Made by a program: the position numbers and the translations under genes. A DNA stretch of 64,000 nucleotides from Pseudomonadota bacterium (lineage in GTDB: Bacteria > UBA10199 > 2-02-FULL-44-16 > JBDRGF01): positions 22,119 to 86,118 of the forward strand of contig JBDRGF010000141.1 in assembly GCA_043818055.1 (NCBI GenBank), read 5' to 3'. How positions within the stretch are numbered: the first letter of the stretch is position 1; each line of letters starts with the position of its first letter. Below are positions 17,858 to 28,547 of the stretch, piece after piece. The notes under the pieces are model-generated. The model worked only from the letters and a program-made list of their open reading frames with translations, ran no database searches and was not told where the DNA came from.

Positions 17858-18691
17858 TCACGGATCGACAAAGAACCATCTGAATTGTTCTGGTTCAAGT
17901 TGATTGCCGTCTTTTCCTATTATTTGATAGATGTAATTTCTTTTCCAATTGAAATCACATTCAATGCCACACGCTCTAATTGCATTGATCAGAATCTTCA
18001 ACTTTTTTTTGGCCTCTGTAATCTGTTCCTTTGAAAAACCCCACATACTATCCTTGAGCTGATAATAATTTGGACCACATATATATTCCATAACTATGTA
18101 TTCATTTCCGTGACAGAGTATTTCTGGTGTACACTTTTCTATTGGAGTTTGTGCGAAAGCTTTATTTATTTGGGAAAACAGATCAATTTTATTTTTTGGG
18201 TCAAATGGTAGCCTAGGGTTTGCAAAATTAGTAAACAGGGCTTGTGAACCACACATAATAGATTCTCTGATGCCCCCTTTTATTTTTATGATGCTCCATG
18301 GTAACTCGGGTGCTAGGGCTTTTAATCTATAGACAGTGCATTCACTTCCATGATCTATTGTGCCAATGGTTTCATAACTTGCATTTTCAAATTCGAATGA
18401 TTTAAAAGGGTTACTTGGTAATTCTTTCAAATGTTCGGTTCCATGATTGGGATGCCAAAAACGATGGGGATTATTTTGGATCAATTCTTTTGTAATACCT
18501 GTTTCTATGACACCAGGACTCTTTTCTTTTTTTTGAAATAATGTAAGAAAACGTCTAAAAGGAGTTGTTGGTGATGGCAAAATCTTGTGATTGCTTTGAT
18601 GCTGAGCATCAATTTGTTGTGGAACTATCCCCAGATAAAATGATGTTGTGGGATTTAGGAAAATTGGTACTGCGGATGGTTTTATTATCAT
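17858..18691 (-). CDS. Hypothetical protein, possible atypical protein-kinase-like fold
   Basis: GTIDHGSECTVYRL (G-loop-like), SIIKIKGG (VAIK-like Lys), YIVMEYICG (hinge-like) and CDFNWKRNYIY (catalytic-loop-like). Low GC. Convergent with the GT2 gene, 4 nt apart. Confidence 0.4.
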   Translation of the reverse strand: MIIKPSAVPIFLNPTTSFYLGIVPQQIDAQHQSNHKILPSPTTPFRRFLTLFQKKEKSPGVIETGITKELIQNNPHRFWHPNHGTEHLKELPSNPFKSFEFENASYETIGTIDHGSECTVYRLKALAPELPWSIIKIKGGIRESIMCGSQALFTNFANPRLPFDPKNKIDLFSQINKAFAQTPIEKCTPEILCHGNEYIVMEYICGPNYYQLKDSMWGFSKEQITEAKKKLKILINAIRACGIECDFNWKRNYIYQIIGKDGNQLEPEQFRWFFVDP

Positions 18692-18824
18692 TGTTGTATC
18701 TCCAGCAGCATTATCGGTCTAAGCTCAATTTTTGTTGCCTTATTTCTTGTTAAATCTGCTTGCAATAAGCCTCAAACCGCTTTAATAGAATGGTCTTCAA
18801 TTTCAGAGAGTTAGGAGACGATGC

Positions 18825-21257
18825 ATGGATCAAAGAGATTACAATCCAAGTCAGATCGAAACAAAATGGCAGAAAAAATGGGATGAAGAGAAACTTTTTG
18901 CTGTCGAAGAAGGGGATCCCGACAAAAAATATTACATGCTCGAGATGCTTCCGTATCCGTCGGGAAGGCTGCACATGGGGCATGTCAGGAACTATACGAT
19001 AGGCGATGTGGCCGCGCGCTTTCGCATGATGCAAGGGTGGAGCGTTTTGCATCCCATCGGATGGGATGCATTCGGGATGCCTGCTGAGAACGCGGCAATC
19101 GAACGCAAGGTGCATCCGGCGGAATGGACGCATAAGTGCATAGACAACATGCGCAATCAGCTTAAGCGCCTCGGCTATACATACGACTGGCGAAGGGAGT
19201 TTGCGACCTGCGATCCTGATTATTACAAGTGGGAACAGCTCGTATTTCTCAAAATGTACGAAAAGGGGTGGGCATACAAGAAGGAATCTTTGGTCAACTG
19301 GTGCGAGAAGTGTGACACGGTGCTTGCCAATGAGCAGGTCGTCGATGGTAAGTGCTGGCGCTGCGACGCATCTGTCACGATGAAGTCGCTCTCTCAGTGG
19401 TTTTTCAAGACGACCGACTATGCGGAAGAACTTTTAAACGATATCGATGACAAGCTCACGGGCTGGCCGGAGCGCGTCAAGATTATGCAGAGGGAGTGGA
19501 TAGGAAAGAGCAAGGGTGCAGTTGTCGAATTTGAAATTGAAGGCGAATCAGAAAAACTCGAAATTTTCACGACGCGTCCCGACACACTTTATGGCGTCAC
19601 GTTCATGAGCCTCTCATCTGAGCATCCGTTGGCGATGAAGTTAGCGAAGAAATATGGTAAGGAAGCTGAGATGCTTAAATTTGCAGAGCGCACCTCCCAC
19701 ATCGATCATGATAAGCGCATTACTGGTGAATATGAAAAGGAAGGGCTTTTTACAGGTGCATACGCTATCAATCCGGTCGACTCAGAGCGGGTACCGATCT
19801 ATGCGGCAAACTTTGTGTTGATGGCTTACGGCACCGGCGCAGTGATGGCTGTACCTGCGCATGACCAGAGGGATTTCGAATTCGCGAAAAAATATTCACT
19901 GTCCATAAAGGTTGTGATCCATCCAGATGGTGAGAAGCTTGATGCCTCCACCATAGAGGGCGCATTCGAGGGTAGTGGGGTGATGGTCGACTCATCGCAT
20001 TTCAGTGGCCTCAATTCTTTGGAAGGGATAGGTGCAGTCACAAAATATTTAGAGGAGAAGGGGTGGGGGAAATTCAAGACGACATATCGTCTGAGGGACT
20101 GGGGGCTTTCGCGCCAGAGATATTGGGGCGCGCCGATTCCTATCATCTATTGTGATAGATGCGGTGTGGTCGAAGTCCCCGAAGATCAGCTCCCTGTCGC
20201 TTTGCCGAAGGATGTCGAATTTACTGGAGAAGGTGGAAATCCTTTGAATAAAGTAGAATCATTTGTGAATGTAAAGTGTCCGAAGTGTGGTGAAAGCGCA
20301 AAGCGCGAGACCGACACGATGGACACCTTCGTCGAGTCATCGTGGTATCTCTTGCGCTACGCATCGCCACATTATGAAAAGGCGATACTCGATAAGAAGA
20401 AGGCTGCCTACTGGCTACCTGTCGATCAATACGTCGGAGGAATCGAGCACGCGGTTGGCCATCTGATATATTGCAGGTACTATACAAAGATACTGCGCGA
20501 TCTCGGTTATATTGATATCGATGAACCGGTTAAAAATCTGATGACGCAGGGGATGGTCTATAAGGATGGCGCGAAGATGAGCAAGTCGAAGGGGAATGTT
20601 GTCGATCCAGATGATATGATCGATAAGTATGGCGCGGATGTGACACGCCTTTTCATATTGTTTGCAGCCCCTCCGGTGAAGGATCTTGAATGGAGCGACA
20701 AGGGGGTTGAGGGGAGCAGCCGTTTCGTTCAGCGCATCTGGCGCTTCGTCATGGATTGGAAGGAGCTCTCTCCAAAAGTTGCACCAGATTCCGAGATAGA
20801 GAAGATCAAACACAAGACGATCAAAAAGGTGACCGATGACATCGAAGGATTTCATTATAATACTGCTATCTCGGCGCTCATGGAATACACTAATTTTCTT
20901 TATCAAATGAGCGCGGATAAAACTCCGAAGGATGCCATCGAGGTTCTTCTCGCTCTGATATCTCCATTCGCTCCGCATGTCGCTGATGAGCTGTGGAGAT
21001 ATATCGGGAACGAAGGCTATCTGATCAGACATCCGTGGCCGGAATATGATGAGACCAAAGTTGTCGAGGAGAGCATGCTTGTCATCGTGCAGGTGAACGG
21101 AAAGCTCAGGGATAAGCTCACAGTCTCTGTTGATGTCTCGGAGGATGAGATCAAAGAGATGGCGCTTAAGAGCGAGCACGCGAAAAAGTTTATTGAGGGA
21201 AAGCCGCCTAAAAAGGTAATCTACGTGAAAGGAAAGTTGGTCAACATAGTTGTTTGA
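18825..21257 (+). CDS. leuS: Leucyl-tRNA synthetase
   Basis: Class I signatures [11 protein letters not shown] and [10 protein letters not shown]1 editing domain present. 810 aa. Confidence 0.97.
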   Translation: MDQRDYNPSQIETKWQKKWDEEKLFAVEEGDPDKKYYMLEMLPYPSGRLHMGHVRNYTIGDVAARFRMMQGWSVLHPIGWDAFGMPAENAAIERKVHPAEWTHKCIDNMRNQLKRLGYTYDWRREFATCDPDYYKWEQLVFLKMYEKGWAYKKESLVNWCEKCDTVLANEQVVDGKCWRCDASVTMKSLSQWFFKTTDYAEELLNDIDDKLTGWPERVKIMQREWIGKSKGAVVEFEIEGESEKLEIFTTRPDTLYGVTFMSLSSEHPLAMKLAKKYGKEAEMLKFAERTSHIDHDKRITGEYEKEGLFTGAYAINPVDSERVPIYAANFVLMAYGTGAVMAVPAHDQRDFEFAKKYSLSIKVVIHPDGEKLDASTIEGAFEGSGVMVDSSHFSGLNSLEGIGAVTKYLEEKGWGKFKTTYRLRDWGLSRQRYWGAPIPIIYCDRCGVVEVPEDQLPVALPKDVEFTGEGGNPLNKVESFVNVKCPKCGESAKRETDTMDTFVESSWYLLRYASPHYEKAILDKKKAAYWLPVDQYVGGIEHAVGHLIYCRYYTKILRDLGYIDIDEPVKNLMTQGMVYKDGAKMSKSKGNVVDPDDMIDKYGADVTRLFILFAAPPVKDLEWSDKGVEGSSRFVQRIWRFVMDWKELSPKVAPDSEIEKIKHKTIKKVTDDIEGFHYNTAISALMEYTNFLYQMSADKTPKDAIEVLLALISPFAPHVADELWRYIGNEGYLIRHPWPEYDETKVVEESMLVIVQVNGKLRDKLTVSVDVSEDEIKEMALKSEHAKKFIEGKPPKKVIYVKGKLVNIVV

Positions 21258-22282
21258 TGACCAACGACGATTCTATGCCTAAGATGGATATTACAGTTTT
21301 GTCGAGAGAGCTGGAGGCGGGGAGGGTTGCTTCAATATATCTTCTAGTAGGTGAAGAGCGCTTTTTAGCCGATCGTTCTATTGAGATGATAAGAGGTAAG
21401 TTGTCGCAATCACAATCTTCCGAACTCTCCAGCCTGTCGCTCACGGGAAAAGAGGTGAAAGCAAATCGCGTAGTAGAAGCGCTGAATTCTATGTCTCTTC
21501 TTGGTGGGACGAATACTGTTATAATCAGAGATGGGGAAAAGGTTTCGTCAAATGTTTTGAACGACCTCATCGAATACATTGAACATCCTAATCCAAATTC
21601 GCTTCTCATCATTCAGGCTGTTAAATTAGATGGAAGAAGCCGTTTCGTGAAGGAGGCTCAAAAGAGCGGAACTGTCATTGAATGTAAACCTCTCTATCAG
21701 AACAAACTTCCTTACTGGGTCAGCATCGAGGCAAAGCGTTTTAAAAAGCGCATCGCTCAGGATGCCTCAGAGTATCTGTCGGAGATCGTCGGCTCCGATC
21801 TTGGGCAGTTGTCGCAATCACTCGAGCGCCTTTCATATTATATTGGTGAGAGGCCCATGATTGAACTGAAGGATGTGGAAGAAGTAATTTCGGAGACCTC
21901 TCAGAAGAGCATCTTTGATCTCACTGATGCGCTGGGGGGGAAGGCTTGGGAGGGGATGCTCAAGCTGCTCAACAATCTTATAGAAAATAATCAGGTACCC
22001 CTCATGATCCTCTCGATGATCGCCAGACACTTTCGTATTTTGGTCAAGGCCAAGGAGCTGACAAAGAGAAGGATAACATCGCAGGAGGCGGCTTCATATC
22101 TCGGCGTACATCCATTTTTTGTCGAACGCTATCTTGGACAGGCAAAGAATTTCACATCACAGGAATTGAAAGATGTCTTTTTCAACCTCTCGCAGGCGGA
22201 CAGAAAACTGAAATCGAGTTCTATCAACGCGCAGAGAGTGCTGGAATATACCTTCAGTAAAATTTGTGGAATGAAAATTTAA
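21257..22282 (+). CDS. holA: DNA polymerase III delta subunit
   Basis: About 340 aa. YLLVGEERFLADRSIE N-terminus with a helical C-terminal half. ATG overlaps the leuS TGA by 1 nt. Confidence 0.75.
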   Translation: MTNDDSMPKMDITVLSRELEAGRVASIYLLVGEERFLADRSIEMIRGKLSQSQSSELSSLSLTGKEVKANRVVEALNSMSLLGGTNTVIIRDGEKVSSNVLNDLIEYIEHPNPNSLLIIQAVKLDGRSRFVKEAQKSGTVIECKPLYQNKLPYWVSIEAKRFKKRIAQDASEYLSEIVGSDLGQLSQSLERLSYYIGERPMIELKDVEEVISETSQKSIFDLTDALGGKAWEGMLKLLNNLIENNQVPLMILSMIARHFRILVKAKELTKRRITSQEAASYLGVHPFFVERYLGQAKNFTSQELKDVFFNLSQADRKLKSSSINAQRVLEYTFSKICGMKI

Positions 22283-22563
22283 GAATTTGCGTTAGCTTTG
22301 TTCGTAGCTAAAGTAAGCCTTGAAATTATTCTGGAAGAGCGCTTCTTGGGAATGATCCCCTTGCTCGCTGCCTTATCTACAGCAGGAATTGTTGTCTTCA
22401 AAGTCTCTGATGATGGGTTTGCCTTCACCTTTTTTATAGCAGTGCGAAGCGCAGATTTCTGATTTCTATTTCTTTCAGTGCGCTTTATCGTCTGTCGTTC
22501 CCTTTTAAATGCCGAAAGATGACGTCCGGGTGCCAATTTCTTTTTTGCAGTATTCGTTGCCAT
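22279..22563 (-). CDS. rpsT: 30S ribosomal protein S20
   Basis: 94 aa, highly basic. SAFKRERQTIKRTERNRNQKSALRTAIKK. Its stop codon overlaps the holA stop (convergent). Confidence 0.93.
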   Translation of the reverse strand: MATNTAKKKLAPGRHLSAFKRERQTIKRTERNRNQKSALRTAIKKVKANPSSETLKTTIPAVDKAASKGIIPKKRSSRIISRLTLATNKANANS

Positions 22564-22970
22564 TTATTTCTCCTCGTTTCTTTAAATGTAAATGGGCTGC
22601 TAACATGAAACTCATTGAACTGTCAAGGGATTTGGGAAATTCCGTAAGCCTGAAATTTTGCTTAATTCTTCAATAGACTCGACACCTCATCTGTAACCAT
22701 TTGAAATATATGGCTAAAAAAACACCTTTTTTTAAGCAACTTTTCTGAATTGGGGACGATAATACACATGTAAAATTCATTATATCTCTTAGTAAGTTGA
22801 GATCTTTAAATTCTAAATCTGGCAAAATTTTGCACTCTTTTGACCAAAAGAGAAGCTGGGGAGCAAGAACCTCAAACCCCACGTGATTGTATTTAGTGCA
22901 GAAAAAAAATATGGGAATCAGATAGTTGCAAAGCCAATTTTTGGTATCCATCTTGCAGAGACTAATAGGC

Positions 22971-23501
22971 ATGAAGATAAAACACATAACAACAGCTTTG
23001 ATTTTGTTAACGATCCTCTGGATCCCGCTTCAGATGTCAGTGAACCTTTCCAAACAGGCACTGATTGCCAAAGAAGAAGCGGAATTGGTTGAGAAGGAGA
23101 TCCAGTTTTTAACGCATATAATAGATGCGGCAGAAGAGTACGATATGGATCCGGCTTTGATAGCTGCCATCATAAGAGCTGAATCTAGTTTTAATCCTAA
23201 TGCTCGTTCGCCAGTAGGCGCGAAGGGTTTGATGCAGATCAATGGTATAACCGCTCGTCATTTAGGTATCACGAATTTGTATGACCCTAAGACAAATATA
23301 CAGGCAGGGACGATGTATCTCAGAGAGTTAAAAGAGAGATTCAATGGTAACCTAAAGCTCACGATTGCAGCATATAATGCTGGCCCAACAGCGGTGAGCA
23401 AGTATAAAAGTATTCCCCCTTACAAAGAGACAAAACAATACGTCAAGAAGGTCTTGGAATACTATCAGGAATTCAGATCCCATTCGCAATTTTCCGGATA
23501 A
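22971..23501 (+). CDS. Lytic transglycosylase (SLT domain) with signal peptide
   Basis: IIRAESSFNPNARSPVGAKGLMQI contains the catalytic Glu-Ser. AYNAGP motif present. ATG at 22971 precedes a signal peptide. Confidence 0.85.
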   Translation: MKIKHITTALILLTILWIPLQMSVNLSKQALIAKEEAELVEKEIQFLTHIIDAAEEYDMDPALIAAIIRAESSFNPNARSPVGAKGLMQINGITARHLGITNLYDPKTNIQAGTMYLRELKERFNGNLKLTIAAYNAGPTAVSKYKSIPPYKETKQYVKKVLEYYQEFRSHSQFSG

Positions 23502-23600
23502 TTTAAACCCTCAATTGCTAACACTATTCAAATCTTGATTAATGATCATAAAATGAGATAGAAGATCATCTGTAACTTACTTACCAAACAAGGGTGCAGA

Positions 23601-25160
23601 TTGAATCTGGAACATCATAAAATAAGCAGGAGGGTGGGTACGGTCAGCTTTTTCACCTTTTTATCCCGTATCATGGGTCTTGTGCGTGATATGGTCATGG
23701 CCTCAGTCTTTGGCGCGACCAACTTTGCAGATGCGTTTTACGTCGCCTTCAGAATTCCAAATTTACTAAGACGATTGACAGCAGAGGGTGCTTTGACGAT
23801 CGCGTTCGTTCCGGTTTTTACGGAATATCTGAAAAAATCCCGTTTGGATGCGCGAGTTGTCGCGTCGGTTGTATTTACATATCTTTCCCTCATTCTTGTC
23901 GCAATCTCGCTTTTAGGAATTCTGTTTGCGCCGATCATCATAAAGGTTATGGCCTATGGGTTCACACATGAACCTCAAAAGTATGAATTAACAGTTTATC
24001 TTACAAGGCTGATGTTTCCGTATGTGATATTAGTCAGCCTCGTCGCATTGGCGATGGGAATTTTAAATTCGATGAAACACTTTGCCGCGCCGGCTGCCGC
24101 CCCTGTAGTTTTAAACCTCGGGATAATCTTTGGGGCGCTTGTTTTGTCGAAACTTTTTAACATTTCGATCATCGGTGCCGCCTTTGGTGTATTGGTAGGA
24201 GGAATGCTGCAGCTCATAATGCAGATTCCTGTTTTGCAAAGAGAGGGGATGTTGCCTAAATTCTCTTTCAAACCTCATCCCGCTATGAAAAGTCTGCTCC
24301 TTTTGATGATCCCCAGCGCACTTGGCGCTGCCGTTTATCAGGTAAATGTGTTGGTGGTGACGTTGCTCGCATCTTTTTTGCCTGAGGGGAGTATCAGCTA
24401 TCTCTGGTTCGGAGATAGATTAGCGGAGTTTCCGCTCGGCATATTCGGGATAGCGATCGCAACAGCTGCTCTTCCGAGCCTCTCCGATCAAGCATCAAAT
24501 CGGGATATGGTATCGTTCAGGGAGACTATAAATTACAGTTTAAGGCTATCTTTTTTGATAACGATTCCTGCTGCTGTAGGACTTTTTATATTAGCACTTC
24601 CTATCGTGAAGCTTCTCTTTCAACGTGGAAAATTCAATGCAGCAACTGCAAGCGCAACAGCCCTAACATTGCAATATTTTGCTCTTAAGATTCCCTTCGT
24701 GAGTGCAGTAAGAAATCTCGTGCCGGGGTTTTTCGCTTTACGCGATGCAAAGACGCCGGTCTATGTTTCAACTGCAGTTGTAGCGTTGAATGCCTTAGTT
24801 GCGTTTATTCTTATGCAGTATTTAAGTTACGCTGGACTGGCCCTTGCGCTGGCTATATCCTCCGCATTCAATTACTTCACTTTGTTCTATCTATTCAGAA
24901 GGAAGGTCGGTCTTCTGGGTGGAAAGAGGCTTATGGTATCGATTATCAAGACTCTTCTTTGCTCTATCGTTATGGCGATTGTTTTGTATATTGGTGACAT
25001 ATGGATAGATATCGGCGCCGAGGTTTCAACTTGGATATTGATGTTCAAACTTCTTTTGACAATTACAATAGGGATTGTAATTTACATTTCCATCATCAGG
25101 CTGGTCAGTCCTAATGAATTTCGGGCGCTGGCCGCCATAGTTCGCAGCAGGAGGAAATAA
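23601..25160 (+). CDS. murJ: Lipid II flippase MurJ
   Basis: TFLSRIMGLVRDMVMASVFGA N-terminal signature. About 14 TM spans, 519 aa. TTG start. Confidence 0.9.
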   Translation: MNLEHHKISRRVGTVSFFTFLSRIMGLVRDMVMASVFGATNFADAFYVAFRIPNLLRRLTAEGALTIAFVPVFTEYLKKSRLDARVVASVVFTYLSLILVAISLLGILFAPIIIKVMAYGFTHEPQKYELTVYLTRLMFPYVILVSLVALAMGILNSMKHFAAPAAAPVVLNLGIIFGALVLSKLFNISIIGAAFGVLVGGMLQLIMQIPVLQREGMLPKFSFKPHPAMKSLLLLMIPSALGAAVYQVNVLVVTLLASFLPEGSISYLWFGDRLAEFPLGIFGIAIATAALPSLSDQASNRDMVSFRETINYSLRLSFLITIPAAVGLFILALPIVKLLFQRGKFNAATASATALTLQYFALKIPFVSAVRNLVPGFFALRDAKTPVYVSTAVVALNALVAFILMQYLSYAGLALALAISSAFNYFTLFYLFRRKVGLLGGKRLMVSIIKTLLCSIVMAIVLYIGDIWIDIGAEVSTWILMFKLLLTITIGIVIYISIIRLVSPNEFRALAAIVRSRRK

Positions 25161-25493
25161 CATATGCCAAAGATATATCAGCCGATCTGTGCATTCAGGA
25201 GAAGGTGTTACCTGACATCCTTCAAATTCAAAGCTATGAGGATGATTCAATATGTTTCAATTAATGTTGATTCGTTAGCATCTGCCAAAAGGGTCTGTGC
25301 GAAACAGTCAAAGGCTTCTCAGGTAAGGCCTGACTGGGCATATAAATGCTCGAGATGGAAACTGGATAAGGGCGCTACTACTATTCACGATCTCTCAGCA
25401 CCAGCGGTAGAATCGAAAACGTCGGCTAAAACTTTTTTTCAAAGATTGTTCGCGAGCCTAGCAAAGGGACTAAGATGTAATGCAAAATAATAT

Positions 25494-25685
25494 CTATTTA
25501 TAACACTTCACAAATCTCTCTACCGATCGGTCGTAGGTCTTTTCTACCTCTGGTGGAAAAAGACAGCCCGGCAGCTCCCCATTTTTCTGGTGATAGGCGA
25601 TGCACTCACAACAGACACCTTTTCTGGAGCATGGTTCATATGTGCATGTGCATGTTGATTTGTTTTTTTGAATGTTACAGTCCAT
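25494..25685 (-). CDS. Small cysteine-rich protein (63 aa from MDCNIQ)
   Basis: 9 Cys in [39 protein letters not shown]. Its start overlaps the mazG 3' end by 11 nt. Confidence 0.55.
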   Translation of the reverse strand: MDCNIQKNKSTCTCTYEPCSRKGVCCECIAYHQKNGELPGCLFPPEVEKTYDRSVERFVKCYK

Positions 25686-26445
25686 TGCTTTTGGCCTCCT
25701 CCCAAAGTTTTTCCCATTCATCCGGCGATAGTTGTTGCAGTTTTTTTGGGCTTTTTTCTTCCATATGTTGAAATCGGTTAGTAAACCTTTCTGTAGCCTT
25801 TCGGAGAGCCCCTTCGGGGTCGATTTTCAGGAACCTGCCGACGTTGGCAAGTGTAAAAAGAAGATCGCCGAATTCATGTTCTATTTTGTCTTTGTTGTTC
25901 TCATCTCTGGCCGCATGTAGTTCGCGCACCTCTTCTTCCACTTTTACTATGATGCCTGTCGCATCACTCCAGTCAAATCCAACCCTGCTCGTCTTTTCTC
26001 CAAGCCTGTACGCCTTGAGAAGGGCAGGGAGGTGTTTTGGGACGCCGCCCACGACCGATTTTTTCCCCTCCTCCTGTTTCAATTCTTCCCAGCGCTCAAG
26101 GACTTCATTGCTTCCGGAAACTTTTGATTCTCCAAATACATGCGGATGGCGATGGATCAACTTGTCGCAAATCCCCTCAATCACATCGTATATATCGAAT
26201 CGCTTTTCCTCGACAGCTATTTGAGCATAGAAGATGATTTGCAAAAGAAGATCGCCCAGCTCCTCCTTGAGAGCTGTGAAATCCTCCTTATCGATAGAAT
26301 CGAGCACTTCGTACGCCTCTTCCAGCGTATGCGGTGCGATATCTTTGTAGGACTGCTCCCTGTCCCAAGGGCAGCCATCAGGGGCTCTCAGGCGCGTCAT
26401 GATTTCTACAAGGCTTTCGAAGTCTCTCTTATTATTTTTTTTCAT
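25675..26445 (-). CDS. mazG: Nucleoside triphosphate pyrophosphohydrolase MazG
   Basis: Tandem MazG domains. [24 protein letters not shown]...ELGDLLLQ, with a second EFGDLLF. Confidence 0.9.
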   Translation of the reverse strand: MKKNNKRDFESLVEIMTRLRAPDGCPWDREQSYKDIAPHTLEEAYEVLDSIDKEDFTALKEELGDLLLQIIFYAQIAVEEKRFDIYDVIEGICDKLIHRHPHVFGESKVSGSNEVLERWEELKQEEGKKSVVGGVPKHLPALLKAYRLGEKTSRVGFDWSDATGIIVKVEEEVRELHAARDENNKDKIEHEFGDLLFTLANVGRFLKIDPEGALRKATERFTNRFQHMEEKSPKKLQQLSPDEWEKLWEEAKSNGL

Positions 26446-26570
26446 AGGGGGTATCCATAGGTCAGGTGATGGTATTAGTCAAATTTTAGATGGCGAAGTG
26501 GACTATTTTTGAAATATTGCTTTATAATTGCGTTATGATAAGGAAACAGGTCGAAGCTAAAGGTAAATGC

Positions 26571-27878
26571 ATGAAAAATAAAGATGACAGATTAAAAATT
26601 ATACGAATTGCGGGTCTCTCAGCCTTGGGATACTTTTTGATGCTAACTTATTCAATATCCCGGCCGGCGACCGAATCCTTATTCCTGCAGGCTCATACCA
26701 GCAAAGGCTTACCGACAGTCTGGCTTTTGGTTGCACTCTTCATGCTGATCACCGTCTTTTTCTATAATAAATTTGTAGTACGAATGGATCTGGTGCGTCT
26801 TATGGGTTCAGTCTCTTGTGTCAGCGCGCTTATTTTGACTATACTGATCCTTCTCACAAAGATCGATTTTCCGGGTGTCTATTATGCGCTCTATGTCTGG
26901 AAGGATATTTACATAGTTGTTCTGGTGGAAATTTTCTATACATTTGCGAATGCTGTATTTCCCATACATACGGCAAGGTGGAGCTACGGTTTTTTTGGCG
27001 TGATGGGTTCCTTAGGGTCTATGACCGGAAATCTTGCGGTTGGAGTTATAGTGAAACATGTGGGTACAGCTAACGCTCTATGGTTTGTGCCGCCCATGCT
27101 TCTCATTGTTTGGTTCAGCATGATGCCATTTTCACGAAAGGCCGGCGTCGGTAAACCGCTTGATGGAATATTTACTTCAAGCCAACTGAGAAAGACGATA
27201 GAAGTTGTGCGCAAAAGCTCTTATCTTTTTTTAATACTTTTACTCATACCTCTTACGCAGATTGCGATAACCATGATCGATTTTGAATACAACACTGTTT
27301 TACAGAATACATTTGGGGATCTGGATATTCGGACAGGGATAATTGGCAAAGTCTATGCCGTGATCTCATTCGGGACGCTTGCCCTGCATCTGATGACCGG
27401 TCCCATTCTTCGCTTGTTTAGGATTCCTGTGACATTGCTTGCTATACCACTACTCTTAGGAAGCGGAGTAGCTATCTTCGCATTGATTCCGAAGTTTTTT
27501 ACGATGGCCATCGTAAAAGTTGCCAGTAAGTGTTTTGATTATTCGCTCTTCAGGGCAGCAAAGGAGATGCTCTACATCCCCTTGAGCTACGCGGAAAAGA
27601 CGATAGGTAAATCAGTTGTCGATATGTTGACCTACAGGGTTGCCAAGGGGGGGGCATCTTTGTTGTTGATGGGGCTTTTGGCTATCAACGGCGGTTCCCT
27701 GGTAACATGGACTACACTGTTGATAATTCTTGGTTGGGTGATTATCAGCGTTCTGATTACAATAAGATTTAGAAAGAAGGTGAGCAGGGATAAGGAGATC
27801 AGGTCTGAGGAAAAGGTGTCATTCCACGGTGAGGATGAGATTTTGATAGAATCGGATCTGGAAACGCAAAAAGCCTGA
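26571..27878 (+). CDS. TLC (ATP/ADP translocase)-like / MFS-type transporter
   Basis: 12 predicted TM spans. YFLMLTYSISRPATESLF and EIFYTFANAVFPIHTARWSYGFFGVMGSLGSMTGN resemble the TLC-family FW.FAN...A.R.Y...G pattern. ATG at 26571. Confidence 0.45.
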   Translation: MKNKDDRLKIIRIAGLSALGYFLMLTYSISRPATESLFLQAHTSKGLPTVWLLVALFMLITVFFYNKFVVRMDLVRLMGSVSCVSALILTILILLTKIDFPGVYYALYVWKDIYIVVLVEIFYTFANAVFPIHTARWSYGFFGVMGSLGSMTGNLAVGVIVKHVGTANALWFVPPMLLIVWFSMMPFSRKAGVGKPLDGIFTSSQLRKTIEVVRKSSYLFLILLLIPLTQIAITMIDFEYNTVLQNTFGDLDIRTGIIGKVYAVISFGTLALHLMTGPILRLFRIPVTLLAIPLLLGSGVAIFALIPKFFTMAIVKVASKCFDYSLFRAAKEMLYIPLSYAEKTIGKSVVDMLTYRVAKGGASLLLMGLLAINGGSLVTWTTLLIILGWVIISVLITIRFRKKVSRDKEIRSEEKVSFHGEDEILIESDLETQKA

Positions 27879-28082
27879 TCAATCTTTTCTTCCTGTGGCT
27901 TTTGTTATAAGGCCACATACGCAATAGATCGACATGCAGATCATTCCGGTGCAAACCATCAACATTCCATGCAGCCTATAGGGATTAGTGTAGGAGACGA
28001 CTATACCTGCCAGGATCAGAACGATTCCAAAAAGCCATGGAGCCCCGAGATAGATCAATTTATCGTGTTTTGATAAGTTCAT
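27879..28082 (-). CDS. Small two-TM membrane protein
   Basis: 67 aa with two hydrophobic spans. Last gene of the minus-strand cluster 29694 to 27879. Confidence 0.35.
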   Translation of the reverse strand: MNLSKHDKLIYLGAPWLFGIVLILAGIVVSYTNPYRLHGMLMVCTGMICMSIYCVCGLITKATGRKD

Positions 28083-28095
28083 TTTTTCTCCTGAA

Positions 28096-28533
28096 TTAGA
28101 TTTGGACAGTTTCGTTCATAACCTGGTAGCACTTTTCTGAGGATGTAGTGTGTTGCCATATTTTATGTCCGAGTTTTAAGAATCTTTTAAGAATTAATGA
28201 TATAATTTTGCAACAGCAGTAGATGATGATAATTGTGAATAATGCTGATTTCGGCTCTCTTTGAATAGTAGTGGCAATTCTATTGGAATACTTTGCCAAT
28301 TCGCTGGAAAAGATATTGAATATCTGGGTGATTGAAGGATGTTTGATAGCGGATAGAAGTAGATTGTTGAAAAAATAGAAGAGGTCAAATACTCCATCCC
28401 TTGCCTGTAGAAGGAGATTTTCGTTATGGCTTGATGAGAGCAGGGCGATGATTATTCCAAAACGGGAGAGAACAAATTGTACAATAATAAAAGGGACTTT
28501 GATGATATTGATGAATATATTCACGAGTAACAA
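28096..28533 (-). CDS. Hypothetical membrane-associated protein
   Basis: 145 aa, very AT-rich, with hydrophobic N-terminal and C-terminal segments. No motif recognised. Confidence 0.3.
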   Translation of the reverse strand: MLLVNIFINIIKVPFIIVQFVLSRFGIIIALLSSSHNENLLLQARDGVFDLFYFFNNLLLSAIKHPSITQIFNIFSSELAKYSNRIATTIQREPKSALFTIIIIYCCCKIISLILKRFLKLGHKIWQHTTSSEKCYQVMNETVQI

Positions 28534-28547
28534 TTATACAGATTTAC

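Noticed and set aside
20415-21179. 254-aa minus-strand ORF.
   Set aside because: It is antisense to leuS, whose KMSKS region and anticodon-binding domain are clearly encoded on the plus strand. It is a shadow ORF.
22670-22987. 105-aa minus-strand ORF in the rpsT/SLT divergent spacer.
   Set aside because: It is Cys/Phe/Leu-rich AT-driven sequence with no SD, and it overlaps the SLT gene start. It is probably promoter DNA.
25164-25490. 108-aa basic ORF starting 4 nt after murJ.
   Set aside because: It has no SD, no motif and a composition unlike neighbouring genes. It could be a real small protein, but I cannot support it. I leave it as unassigned 330-nt convergent spacer.
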